A stretch of DNA of 64,000 nt from the NCBI GenBank assembly GCA_963778655.1, contig CAVZVA010000009.1, positions 1,498,606-1,562,605 of the forward strand, given 5' to 3'. The notes beneath the pieces are model-generated. The model was given only the letters and a program-made list of their open reading frames with translations, ran no database searches and had not been told where the DNA came from. Below, piece after piece: positions 18,509 through 29,171 of the stretch (position 1 is the first letter of the stretch; every line of letters begins with the position of its first letter). The translations under genes and the position numbers were made by a program. This stretch comes from an uncultured delta proteobacterium. Its GTDB lineage: Bacteria > Myxococcota_A > Polyangia > Polyangiales > JAFGIB01.

Positions 18509-20035
18509 TCACATCGGCATGACCATGTGCTTGCGCTCGGCTGCGGGGACCACCTCACGCTGCGCGAGGCGGCTGCAGATCTCCTCGCGCAGGCGGTCGC
18601 CGGGCACGACCGCGTCGATCACCAGCTCGCTGGCGAGCTTGTAGACGTCGATCTCCTCGCGGTACTCGGCGCGCAGCGTTTGCACGTAGGCGTCGCGCTC
18701 GGGTCCGGCCGGCTTTTCCTTTATCTTGTTGTAGTAGACCGCATTGATTGCGGCGTCCGGGCCCATCACCGCGATCGAGGCTTGCGGCAGCGCGATGCAG
18801 GCGTCTGGGTCGAAGGCCGGTCCCGACATCGCGTACAGCCCGGCGCCGTACGCCTTGCGCACGATTACGCTGAGCTTGGGCACGCTGGCCTGGCTGACCG
18901 CTGCGACCATCTTGGCGCCCGCGCGAATGATGCCCTGCTTCTCCACCTTGCTGCCGATCATGAAACCCGGCACGTCGGCCAGAAACAGCAGCGGGATGTT
19001 GAACGCGTCGCACAGCTGGATGAAGCGTGCGGCCTTGTCCGCGCTGTCCACGAACAGCACGCCGCCCAACCACTTGGGCTGGCTCGCGATCACGCCGACC
19101 ACGCGGCCTTCGATCCGCGAAAGGCCCGTGAGCAGCTCGCGCGCGAACAGCGGCTTGAGCTCGAGCCAGCTGCCTTCGTCGATCAGCTCGCGCACCACCG
19201 TCATCATGTCGAAGGCTTTGTTTTCATCGGGCGGGATCAGCGCCTCGAGCGGCTTGCCACTGCGCGCCGGCTCGCGCGCCGCGGCCGGCGGCGGCAGCGC
19301 GCGGTGGTTTTGCGGCATGTAGCCGAGGTAGCGCCGCGCCAGCGCGATCGCCTGCGGCTCGTCGTCGCACAGCACATCGCCGCAGCCCGAGACGCTGCAG
19401 TGCATCTTGGCGCCGCCCATCTCCTCCAGGCTCACCTTCTCGCCGATCACCATCTCGGCCATGCGCGGGGAGCCGAGGTACATCGAGGCGTTGCCCTTGA
19501 CCATCAGCACCACGTCGCAGAACGCGGGGATGTACGCCCCGCCGGCGGCGCTCGGCCCGAACAGCACGCACAGTTGCGGCACCCGCCCGCTCAGCTGCAC
19601 CTCATTGTAGAAGATGCGGCCGGCGCCGCGCCGTCCCGGGAACATCTCCACCTGGTCGGTGATGCGAGCGCCCGCGGAGTCCACCAGGTAGACCAGCGGG
19701 CACTGCAGCCGCGCCGCCTGCTCCTGCACGCGCAGGATCTTCTCCACCGTGCGCTTGCCCCACGAGCCGGCCTTGACTGTGGAGTCGTTGGCCATCACCG
19801 CCACGCAGCGGCCGTCCACGCGCCCCACGCCGGTGATCACCCCGTCGGCCGGCAGCTCGCCGGCCTCGCAGTTGGCCAGCGCCGCGTCCTCCACGAAGCT
19901 GTCTGGATCGAGCAGCCGCCCGATGCGTTCGCGCGCGAACAGCTTGCCCTGCTCGGCGTTCTTCTGGTGATAGCGCGCGTCGCCGCCGCTCTCGATCCCG
20001 CGCAGCGTCTGTTTGAGCTTTTCATCCAGCGACAT
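18509..20035 (-). CDS. Acyl-CoA carboxylase carboxyltransferase (beta) subunit
   Basis: KLFARERI, PADGVITG, VDSAGARI, GPSAAGGAY, DVPGFMIG, RKAYGAG. Confidence 0.92.
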   Translation of the reverse strand: MSLDEKLKQTLRGIESGGDARYHQKNAEQGKLFARERIGRLLDPDSFVEDAALANCEAGELPADGVITGVGRVDGRCVAVMANDSTVKAGSWGKRTVEKILRVQEQAARLQCPLVYLVDSAGARITDQVEMFPGRRGAGRIFYNEVQLSGRVPQLCVLFGPSAAGGAYIPAFCDVVLMVKGNASMYLGSPRMAEMVIGEKVSLEEMGGAKMHCSVSGCGDVLCDDEPQAIALARRYLGYMPQNHRALPPPAAAREPARSGKPLEALIPPDENKAFDMMTVVRELIDEGSWLELKPLFARELLTGLSRIEGRVVGVIASQPKWLGGVLFVDSADKAARFIQLCDAFNIPLLFLADVPGFMIGSKVEKQGIIRAGAKMVAAVSQASVPKLSVIVRKAYGAGLYAMSGPAFDPDACIALPQASIAVMGPDAAINAVYYNKIKEKPAGPERDAYVQTLRAEYREEIDVYKLASELVIDAVVPGDRLREEICSRLAQREVVPAAERKHMVMPM

Positions 20036-20092
20036 GCGGTCCCTCAGCGCCGCGAGCATAGCGGCGCGGGGGCCAAAACACGAGTCGGGAGG

Positions 20093-20120
20093 ATGCAACA
20101 GGAAGGCGGGAAGACGGGGA
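20093..20120. repeat. Repeat family A, half copy
   Basis: ATGCAACAGGAAGGCGGGAAGACGGGGA, nearly identical to the left arm at 6621. Confidence 0.65.
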
Positions 20121-20122
20121 GA

Positions 20123-21388
20123 TCACAGCTGGACGTGACGCAAGCGCCCGTGCTGGCGCACCAGCAGCGCCAGCGGCAGCAGCCCCAGCAAGCCGCCGTG
20201 CTCGATCACGCGCCCCACCGCCAGCAGTAGCTCGGCGTTCACGATCAGCGCGCGAAAGCACAACGAGACCGCGGGCCGTCCCGGCGCGACCACCGGCAGC
20301 AAGTTGCCCGCGCCGTCGATCAACGCCGGCTCGCCTTCCTGCGCCACGCCCGCGGGCGCGAGCAGCGCCACCGGCTCGGCCAGCCCGCCATACGCGCGCA
20401 GCGTCTCGCGCTGGCTCGACAGCAGCGCCTCGAAGTCGCGCTCGGCGTGGCGCGCCAGCTGTTCCCACTGCGCCGGCTCGATCGCCGGGCTGACCGCGTA
20501 CTGCAGTAGGCGCACGCGCCGCGGCGGCGTGGTCTCCTCGACCTCCGCCAGCCACACCGTCAGCTGCCGCGGGCACGGCCCGAGCGAGGCGGGCGCGGTG
20601 CTGGCGCGCTCCTCCCGGTACAGCCGGCCGTCGCCCGGGTCCACCAGGTAACGCCGCTCGATGCCCGCGCGCTCGATGCCCGGCACGCGCTCGCGCGCCA
20701 GCTCGACCAGGCTCAGCTCGCTCACGCGCGAGCGCCCGCCCGCTGCTGCGCCGCCCAGCCGCACGTCGAGCAGCGAGAGCACCCGGCAGCGTGCCTCGGC
20801 CGACGGCGCCGCCGCCGCGAGGTCGTCGATCACCCGGCTCGCGGTCTGCAGCACACGCGCCGCCTCGCCTGCGTCGCCCTCCCCGAGCGCCTGCTTGAGC
20901 CTTCCGATCAAGCGGCTCACCCCGAGCGGCATCGGCGCCGGCGCCGCGCGCTGCAGGCGCTGCAGCGCGTCCTCCACCGACGGCGACAGGCCGCCTGATA
21001 CGCCCGAGCGCACCAGCGCCAGGATCAGGTCACGCAGCACCTCTGCCATGGCCGCGTGGTCGACCGGCGCAGGCGGCTCGGAGTGCGCCACCACGCGCCG
21101 CTCGGTCCCCGCGGGCGCCGGATCCCAGAGCTCGGTGATGCGCTCCTCGCCCCCGCGCGCGTCGCTCTCCTCCACGAACGAAAGCGCGCAGCGCGCGTGG
21201 TCGCAGCGGGCCTGCCCGCAGGTACACGACCACGACAGCTCGCCCTCGCGCAGCAGCAAGGAGACCACCTCGCGCCGGCCCTCCAGCTCGACGTCCACGC
21301 TCATGCGCTCGATCCGCGCCGCCGGGCCGGGCTCCGCCGCGTAGGCGCGCTGCAGCGCGCTGCGGGCCGCGCGCTTGAACGATCCCAT
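20123..21388 (-). CDS. Hypothetical protein with SWIM-like zinc finger
   Basis: WSCTCGQARCDH (CxC-x4-CxH); ATG overlaps the upstream stop (TGATG). Confidence 0.72.
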   Translation of the reverse strand: MGSFKRAARSALQRAYAAEPGPAARIERMSVDVELEGRREVVSLLLREGELSWSCTCGQARCDHARCALSFVEESDARGGEERITELWDPAPAGTERRVVAHSEPPAPVDHAAMAEVLRDLILALVRSGVSGGLSPSVEDALQRLQRAAPAPMPLGVSRLIGRLKQALGEGDAGEAARVLQTASRVIDDLAAAAPSAEARCRVLSLLDVRLGGAAAGGRSRVSELSLVELARERVPGIERAGIERRYLVDPGDGRLYREERASTAPASLGPCPRQLTVWLAEVEETTPPRRVRLLQYAVSPAIEPAQWEQLARHAERDFEALLSSQRETLRAYGGLAEPVALLAPAGVAQEGEPALIDGAGNLLPVVAPGRPAVSLCFRALIVNAELLLAVGRVIEHGGLLGLLPLALLVRQHGRLRHVQL

Positions 21389-23187
21389 CAGCTCGCCTTG
21401 ATCCGCAGCGCGCGCAAGCGCTGCTGCAACGCGGCGCGCAGGTGCGCGGGCGCACGCCGCAAGTCGATGCTCAACGCTTCCTCGATCAGCCCGCGCGCAA
21501 TGTCGTCGCGTCCGTCCTGCGCCACCGCCTGCGCGCGGCGCAGAAAAGCCTGCGCCAGCATGCGCACAGCCGGCGCATTGTCCTCGATCGCCGCGCGCTC
21601 GATGCCGAGCACGCGCCGGAAGCTGGCCAGCGCCTGCGCGTTCTCGCCGCGCCGCGCGTGGCTGATCGCCACCCGCAACACCGGCGCGGGCCAGTCCGGC
21701 CGCAGCGCCGCCGCCGCCTCGAGCCGCGCCACCGCGCGGCTGCGCGCGCCCAGCGCCAGCCAAAGGTAACCGACCCACAGGTTCAGGCGCGCGCGCAGCC
21801 GCACGCCCGCCGGATCCTTGCGCTTGACCAGCGCCGCGCGCTTGGCGGTATCGAAGGTGTGGGCGGCCACTTTGAGCGCCGGCGCCTCCTCGCCGAGCAG
21901 CTCCATGCGCGCGTCGATCGCGCGCCGCGCCTCCTCGATCTCCAGCCGCAGCGCCGCCGAGCCGGCGTCCCGCTCCAGCTCTGAAAGCGGCATCAGCGCG
22001 CGGCTATCGCCGATGCGCGCCAGCGCCTGCAGCACCGCCCGCGTCAGCAGCGGATCATCGAGGTCGAGCAGCTCGGTGACCGCCTGCGCGTCGTCGCGCA
22101 CGCCAATCTCGCCCAGCGCTTCGAGCGCGTAGGGCAGCAGCCGCTCATCGCCCGCCGCCAGCACCTCGCGCGCGTAGGGCAGCCCGCGGCTGTCGCCGGC
22201 GGCGCCCAGCGCCGCGGCCAGGGTGAGCCGCTCCTCGGCCGCGGCCGTGCGCTCGTAGGCGTTCTTGAGGATCGAGTGCACGCGCACGTCCTCGATGCGG
22301 CCGAGCGCGCGCGCCGCCGGGATCGCCAGCTCGCCCTCACCGCCCTCGACCACCGCGCGCAGCGCCGGCAGCAGGCGCACGTCGCCGGCGTCGAGCAGCG
22401 CGCCCAGCAGCATCGCACGCGCCCTGCGCGAGCTCACGCCGTCGCAGCCGCTGATCACCGCGGCCAGGTGCAGCACGGCCTCGTCAGAGAGGTCGCGGGT
22501 GCGCGCCAGCAGCCGCACGCGCTGCTCGTCCTCGAGCGCGAGCGCCGGCTCTTCGACCGCCGCGCCGTCCCAGAACGCGCGCACCGCCTGATCGAACCTG
22601 CCGGCCAGCGCTTGCCAGCGCTCGCCGGCCGCGCGCGCGCGCCGCCCCTCGGCGCCGGGCAGCGGCGCCAGCACGTGCCACAGCTCGTAGGCGATCGCGG
22701 GCGCCTGCAGTGCGCGCAGCGCGTCCACCGCGCCGCGCGCGGCGTCGGAGGCGAGCCTGCCGCCACCGCCACTGAGCAGCTCGCCGATGCGCAGCACGGC
22801 CGCGCGGCGCTGGCGCAGGCTGCCCGCGCGAACCACGGCCAGCAGCGTGCGCAGATCGGCCATGCGCCCCAGGTCGATGCTGGCCTGGTCGCCGCCGCTG
22901 GTCAGGCGCATCAGAAACGAGGCGCGGCCCTCGACCACGCGGCTGTCTTCGGGACGGTGCGGGCCGGTCTCGCCCGAGCCCGCGGGCAAGCGCAGCGCAT
23001 CGGCCTGCCGTTCCACGATCGCGGCCACCAGCGCGCGCGCGCAGCCCAGCTCGCCCTGGTCGGCCGCCAGGCCGAGCGCGCCGGCCAGCGCGGCGAACTC
23101 CTCGGCGCGCACTCCGGCGTGGAGCGTGCGCTCGAGCTCGGACTGCCCTGAAGACCGCGCTGGCGGCGCTTCAGACACGCCCCGCAC
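21388..23187 (-). CDS. HEAT-repeat protein with C-terminal TPR-like region
   Basis: Repeated AARALGRI / AAALGAAG / LEALGEIG / LQALARIG units; TPR-like AVARLEAAAALRP and ALASFRRVLGIE; start uncertain. Confidence 0.75.
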   Translation of the reverse strand: MRGVSEAPPARSSGQSELERTLHAGVRAEEFAALAGALGLAADQGELGCARALVAAIVERQADALRLPAGSGETGPHRPEDSRVVEGRASFLMRLTSGGDQASIDLGRMADLRTLLAVVRAGSLRQRRAAVLRIGELLSGGGGRLASDAARGAVDALRALQAPAIAYELWHVLAPLPGAEGRRARAAGERWQALAGRFDQAVRAFWDGAAVEEPALALEDEQRVRLLARTRDLSDEAVLHLAAVISGCDGVSSRRARAMLLGALLDAGDVRLLPALRAVVEGGEGELAIPAARALGRIEDVRVHSILKNAYERTAAAEERLTLAAALGAAGDSRGLPYAREVLAAGDERLLPYALEALGEIGVRDDAQAVTELLDLDDPLLTRAVLQALARIGDSRALMPLSELERDAGSAALRLEIEEARRAIDARMELLGEEAPALKVAAHTFDTAKRAALVKRKDPAGVRLRARLNLWVGYLWLALGARSRAVARLEAAAALRPDWPAPVLRVAISHARRGENAQALASFRRVLGIERAAIEDNAPAVRMLAQAFLRRAQAVAQDGRDDIARGLIEEALSIDLRRAPAHLRAALQQRLRALRIKAS

Positions 23188-24718
23188 CGTCGGGGTGCAG
23201 GCTCACCCGATACCAGCCCCGCTCGGTGCCTATCTGCAGCGTGGTCCGCCCCTGGCGGTGGCAGCCGGCCAGCTGCAGCGGCGCGCCCGCCGAGCCCGGC
23301 AGCTCGGCGACCGCCTGCAGCGGCCCGGCCTGTGCGCCCAGCGCGCGCCGCAACAGCAGCGCGCCCGCGGGCCGCGCCAGGCAGAAATACGCGTACACCA
23401 CGCCGTCCTGGTCGAGCAGCGCTGCCGGCGGCGCCGCCGGCTCCGGCAGCGCCACGAACGGCGCGTCTCCGCGCTGCCATAGCAGCTGCGGCGACGGCGC
23501 GCGGCGGCTGCACAGCGCGACGCCCGCACACGCGTGCAGGGCCTGCACCCGCTCGAGCTCAGCGTCGCCGAGCGCGAGCGGCTCGAAGCTGTCGCCGCCG
23601 TCGCGCGAGCGCAGCGCGCGCGCGCCCCCCTCCGCAGCGCGGCCCAGCAGGATCAGGTCGCGCTGGCCGTCGCTCGCCAGCCGCAGCGCGCGCAGACCGT
23701 CGCGCACGCGGCGAAAGCTGCCGCCGAGATCGTCGCTGGCGAACAGCGCGCCGGCGGGCGTGGCCGCCCACAGCCGCAGCGCGCCCGGCTCACCGGTGAT
23801 CGCCAGCGACGCGACCGGGCTGTGCTCGCCCTGCGGCTGGCGCGGCGGCGCGAAGCTGCGCCCGCCGTCGAGCGAGCAGCACACGCCCTCGGGCGTCGCG
23901 CAGGCGATCAGGAAGGTGTCGCCGGCTTGCGCGGCCGCCAGCGCGAGCAGGCCGGAGCCGCCCGGTTGCGCGCGCAGCGCGCGGCTCGCGTCGCTCGGCA
24001 GCAGCAGCAGGCCCGCGTCCCAGCCCACGCCCACCTCGCCTGCGGCCAGCAATGCCTGCAGCGGATGCCCCAGCTGCAGCACCGGCTCGAGCCGAACCTG
24101 CGCCGCGGGCAAGCGCGCGCCGCGCAGGCCGGGCGCAAGCTCGAGCTGCGCCTCGTCGTCGTCGTCGCGCGCCAGGTCGCCGCTCAGCGCCTCGAGCAGC
24201 TCGGCGGCAAACGCCTCGTTGTCGGCGTCGCCGCCGGAACCGTCGTCGAGCGGAGGCAGCCGATCGAGATCCAGCCCGAGCGGCCCGCCCTCGTCGTCGA
24301 AGCCTTCCTCGCCGCCGTCCCCGCTGGGCGATGGTGGCTCGTCCAGCTCGAGCGGGTCGTCCTCCCACTCTTCCTGCAGCGCGTCGTCCGGCCCGTCGCC
24401 AGCGAGCTGATCGTCGGCCTCGTCCTCCTCGAAGTCGTCGTCGGAAAGAGAGGCGTCATCGCGCGGCGTGCCGTCGTCGAGCCAGCTCTCCTCGTCCTCT
24501 TCGCCGTCGATCAGGTCGCCCTCGCCGCTCTCCTCGAGGCCGGTGTCGACCGCGTCCAGGCCGTCCTGGTCGTCGTCGTCGCCCAGGCCCAGGTCGTCGT
24601 CCTGGTCGGGCTGCCAGCTCTCTTCCTCGCGCGCCTGATCGCGCACGCGGCCGAGCGCGGGCGGCAGCTCGAGGTCGTCGTCATCGAGATCGAATGCCGG
24701 CTTGTGCGGGAGCGCCAT
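23171..24718 (-). CDS. Hypothetical protein: very acidic N-terminal region plus BNR/Asp-box beta-propeller-like domain
   Basis: D/E-rich first ~180 aa; Asp-box motifs SLDGGRSF, SDDLGGSF, SRDGGDSF; ATG at 24718. Confidence 0.72.
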   Translation of the reverse strand: MALPHKPAFDLDDDDLELPPALGRVRDQAREEESWQPDQDDDLGLGDDDDQDGLDAVDTGLEESGEGDLIDGEEDEESWLDDGTPRDDASLSDDDFEEDEADDQLAGDGPDDALQEEWEDDPLELDEPPSPSGDGGEEGFDDEGGPLGLDLDRLPPLDDGSGGDADNEAFAAELLEALSGDLARDDDDEAQLELAPGLRGARLPAAQVRLEPVLQLGHPLQALLAAGEVGVGWDAGLLLLPSDASRALRAQPGGSGLLALAAAQAGDTFLIACATPEGVCCSLDGGRSFAPPRQPQGEHSPVASLAITGEPGALRLWAATPAGALFASDDLGGSFRRVRDGLRALRLASDGQRDLILLGRAAEGGARALRSRDGGDSFEPLALGDAELERVQALHACAGVALCSRRAPSPQLLWQRGDAPFVALPEPAAPPAALLDQDGVVYAYFCLARPAGALLLRRALGAQAGPLQAVAELPGSAGAPLQLAGCHRQGRTTLQIGTERGWYRVSLHPDGAGRV

Positions 24719-24765
24719 GGCCACCGCAAAAGGTAGCCGCCCGCTCTCGCTCTGCCAACCGGACC

Positions 24766-25527
24766 CTACTTGCGCCCAGCCGGCGTGCGGCCCAGGCGCT
24801 GCATCACCTGCTGCAGGTCTTCCCAGACCACGCGCTTGTGCTCGGGGCTGCGCAGCAGATAGGCCGGGTGGTAGGTCGGCATCACCGTGAACCCGTGCCA
24901 GCTGCCGAAGCGGCCGCGCCAGGGGCTGCCAGGGCGTGCCAGCCCGAGGTTCTCGGCAGCGCAGCGGCCGAGCGCCACGATCAGCTTGGGCGCCACCAGC
25001 TCGAGCTGCGGCACGAGGAAGCGCGCGCAGGCCTGCGCCTCGTCCGGCGCCGGCGTGCGGTTGTCGGGCGGGCGGCACTTGACCACGTTGCAGATGTAGA
25101 CCTCGTCGCGGCCGTAGCCCATGGCGGCGATCATCTTGTCGAGCAGCTGGCCCGCCGCGCCCACGAACGGCAGCCCCTGCAGATCCTCGTCATGGCCCGG
25201 CCCTTCGCCCACGAAGGCCAGCTCGGCGTGCGGATTGCCGCGCGCAAACACGCTGCGGGTGCGCTTCTGGTGCAGCACGCACGCGGTGCAGCCGGCGGCC
25301 TCGGCCGCGAGCTGGGCGAGCCGGCGCTCCCTGGGCACGCCGTCCGCTGCTGCGCCGGCGCCGGGCTCACTCGCAGCGGCCGCGGCCTGCGCCGGCGGGC
25401 CGGCCGGCGCGGGCTCGAGCCCTTGCCAGGGCGAAAGCCCCACCCCGCCCAGCTCTTGCTCGACCTCGAGATGCGCCTTGAGCGCCCCGGCCAGCGCCGC
25501 GAGCTCGGCGCGCGCGTCCTCGTCCAT
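24766..25527 (-). CDS. udg: Uracil-DNA glycosylase family 4 (Fe-S)
   Basis: CTACVL, FVGEGPG, PFVGAAGQLL, NVVKCRPPDNRTP, TYHPAYLLR. Confidence 0.93.
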   Translation of the reverse strand: MDEDARAELAALAGALKAHLEVEQELGGVGLSPWQGLEPAPAGPPAQAAAAASEPGAGAAADGVPRERRLAQLAAEAAGCTACVLHQKRTRSVFARGNPHAELAFVGEGPGHDEDLQGLPFVGAAGQLLDKMIAAMGYGRDEVYICNVVKCRPPDNRTPAPDEAQACARFLVPQLELVAPKLIVALGRCAAENLGLARPGSPWRGRFGSWHGFTVMPTYHPAYLLRSPEHKRVVWEDLQQVMQRLGRTPAGRK

Positions 25528-25686
25528 CGCCTGCGAACTACTTGATCGGGACGCCAAGTCAACGGCCCCGTGCCGACCCAGCAGCTTGCACCCGCCGCCC
25601 GCCCGCAGCGCAGCGGCGCTGCGATTCGGTTGACCCCTCGATTCCGCACTGATAGTGTTTTCGACTACTTCGGAGGATCTCTATCC

Positions 25687-26466
25687 GTGCCGGGCCAAGC
25701 GCGTGTCCTTGCCGCCGGGGTGACCGACGTTGGACGGAAGCGCACCCACAACGAAGACAGTTTTGCCATCGTTGATGGCGAGCATCTGTTTCTCGTAGCC
25801 GATGGCATGGGTGGCCACTCCTCGGGTGAGGTCGCCAGCCGCATGGCGATCGAGACCATGAGCGAGTTCTTCCAGGCCACGTCCGCCGATCCCGAGGCGA
25901 CCTGGCCGTACAAGATGGACAAGACCCGCGGCTACGAGGAAAACCGCCTGGTTACCGGGATTAAGCTGGCGAATCGCCGGATCTTCGAGGCCGCGCAGCG
26001 AGAGACGCGGCTGCACGGCATGGGCACCACGATGGTGGCGCTGCTGGCGGTCGGCGACGCCTGCCTGATCGGCCACGTCGGCGACTCGCGCGCCTACCGC
26101 TTGCGCGGCAGCTCGCTCGAGCAGCTGACCGAGGACCACTCGCTGCTCAACGACTACATCAAGATGAAGTCGATGACGCAGGAGGAGATCGAGAACTTCC
26201 CGCACAAGAATGTGATCGTGCGCGCGCTCGGCATGAAGGAGACCGTCAAGGTCGACGCCATCTACGACAAGCCGCGACCCGGCGACCTGTATCTGCTGTG
26301 CTCGGATGGCCTGTGCGGCCCCGCCGGCGACGAGGAGATCCGCGAGATCGCGCTCAAGCACAAGGACCTGCGCGAGTGCGCCCAGGCGCTGGTCGACCGG
26401 GCCAACGAAAAGGGTGGCCCCGACAACATCACGGTGGTCCTGTGCCGCTGGGTCGGCGCCTCCTGA
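25687..26466 (+). CDS. PP2C-type Ser/Thr protein phosphatase
   Basis: TDVGRKRTHNED, VADGMGGH, GMGTT, HVGDSR, TEDHS, LCSDGL, GGPDNIT; GTG start assumed. Confidence 0.93.
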   Translation: MPGQARVLAAGVTDVGRKRTHNEDSFAIVDGEHLFLVADGMGGHSSGEVASRMAIETMSEFFQATSADPEATWPYKMDKTRGYEENRLVTGIKLANRRIFEAAQRETRLHGMGTTMVALLAVGDACLIGHVGDSRAYRLRGSSLEQLTEDHSLLNDYIKMKSMTQEEIENFPHKNVIVRALGMKETVKVDAIYDKPRPGDLYLLCSDGLCGPAGDEEIREIALKHKDLRECAQALVDRANEKGGPDNITVVLCRWVGAS

Positions 26467-26470
26467 GGCC

Positions 26471-26590
26471 TTTCGACCGAGAAACGTCCAGGAGCGGCTC
26501 ACCTCCTCGGTCCGACCCTGCGGCGTGCTCGAAGTACGCCTCGGTCCGGCCCTGCAGGGGCGCTCGCTCCTGAATGCTTCTCGACCGAAA
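26471..26590. repeat. MITE-like palindromic element family B, copy 2
   Basis: CCAGGAGCGGCTCACCTCCTCG...GTACGCC...GGCGCTCGCTCCTGAA matches the reverse complement of 13322-13407; imperfect terminal inverted repeat. Confidence 0.75.
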
Positions 26591-26634
26591 TGGGGTCGGC
26601 CGGAGAGGGATCAGGGACGAGGCGCTGCGGGGTG

Positions 26635-27570
26635 TCAGAGTTGAATCATGCGGCCTGCGGTGGTGACCACGGCGTCTTGCAGGCTCCGGGTGATACGGGC
26701 ACCGGGCCAGGCCACCACCCGGGTCAGGCTGGCGCCGGGGGCGATTTCGGCGGCGCTGCCCACCACCACCTGCCGCAGCTGGCAGCCGGCGCCCAGGCGT
26801 GCGTCCGGGGCGCATAGCAGGCCGCCCGCACCTGGGGTGATACCCGGCCACGCCAGGCGGCCGCTGGCGAGCGCGAGGTTCGCGTCCAGGTAAGCGCGCA
26901 GGTCGACGCCGATGTCGAGCCAAGGGCTCTCGTCGATCACCGCGGCGACCGGCTCGCCCCGCGCCAGCCACGGCAGGTAGGCGTGCTCGATGATGTCGCC
27001 CTGCTGGGGCAGGTCGCGCCAGGCCCGCGCGCTGAGGATCTGCACCCCGGTGTACATGTACGGGCCGCCGCTGGCGGCCGCAGCGGGCTGCTGCGGCAGG
27101 CCGCGGATGCGCCGCACGCGCCGCTCGGCGTCGAGCTCGACCGGGGCAAAGCCCGTGCCCGGCGGGCTCGGCCGCAGCACCATGGTGGCGATCGCGCCCC
27201 GCGCGCGGTGCTCCGCCAGCGCGCGCGCCAGGTCGGGCGCGAACAGCAGCTTGGCGTTGACCACCACCAGGTCCTCGCCGTCCTGCGGCTGCCAGGCGTT
27301 GCGCACGCCGCCCCCGGTGCCGAGGATCACCGGCTCGTGCACGAAGCGCAGCCGCAGCGCGGGTGGACAGCAGCGCTCGAGCTCCGCGCGCAGCCGTTCG
27401 GCCAGGTGGTGGGTGTTGACCAGCGCCTCCGTGAAGCCGGCGCGCACCAGGTGGTCGCAGGCGAACCAGGCCACCGGCCGGTTGCCCACAGGTAGCGCAG
27501 GCTTGGGCAGCTCGCGCGTGAGCGGATCGAGCCGCGTTCCCAGCCCGGCCGCCACCAGCATCGCCCGCAT
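26635..27570 (-). CDS. NDP-sugar pyrophosphorylase / nucleotidyltransferase family protein
   Basis: MRAMLVAAGLGTRLDPLTRELPKPALPV, EPVILGTGGG, YTGVQI, WLDIG, short left-handed beta-helix tail. Confidence 0.88.
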   Translation of the reverse strand: MRAMLVAAGLGTRLDPLTRELPKPALPVGNRPVAWFACDHLVRAGFTEALVNTHHLAERLRAELERCCPPALRLRFVHEPVILGTGGGVRNAWQPQDGEDLVVVNAKLLFAPDLARALAEHRARGAIATMVLRPSPPGTGFAPVELDAERRVRRIRGLPQQPAAAASGGPYMYTGVQILSARAWRDLPQQGDIIEHAYLPWLARGEPVAAVIDESPWLDIGVDLRAYLDANLALASGRLAWPGITPGAGGLLCAPDARLGAGCQLRQVVVGSAAEIAPGASLTRVVAWPGARITRSLQDAVVTTAGRMIQL

Positions 27571-27576
27571 GGACCC

Positions 27577-27743
27577 AGAGCACCGAACAGATTGAAACCT
27601 GTGCGAAGTCGGGGTCATGGCGGGATGCAGGGTGCGGGCGGGAGCCCGAAGGCGTAGTTCATCCTACGTCGAGCGGGGAGCGCGCGTGCCCTGCGCCCGC
27701 CAGGGCCCCGAAATCGTGCGTGTTTCAATCTGTTCGGTGCTCT
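27577..27743. repeat. MITE-like element with 22-bp perfect terminal inverted repeats
   Basis: AGAGCACCGAACAGATTGAAAC (27577-27598) / GTTTCAATCTGTTCGGTGCTCT (27722-27743); internal hairpin GGCGTAG..CTACGTC. Confidence 0.75.
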
Positions 27744-27854
27744 AGCATAGCGGGTTCCCGATAATGGGCGTGGGAAGCGAATCTGCTATATCCCGGCCCT
27801 GGGCCGGCGGCCGCGTCCGGCTGTCCATGGGCCCAGCAACACGGAGCGAGGATC

Positions 27855-29168
<1,314 letters not shown>

Positions 29169-29171
29169 CGC

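Noticed and set aside
27577..27743. ATTGAAAC / GTTTCAAT ends resemble CRISPR repeat termini
   Set aside because: Only two copies, in inverted orientation, with no spacer periodicity and no cas genes in the window.
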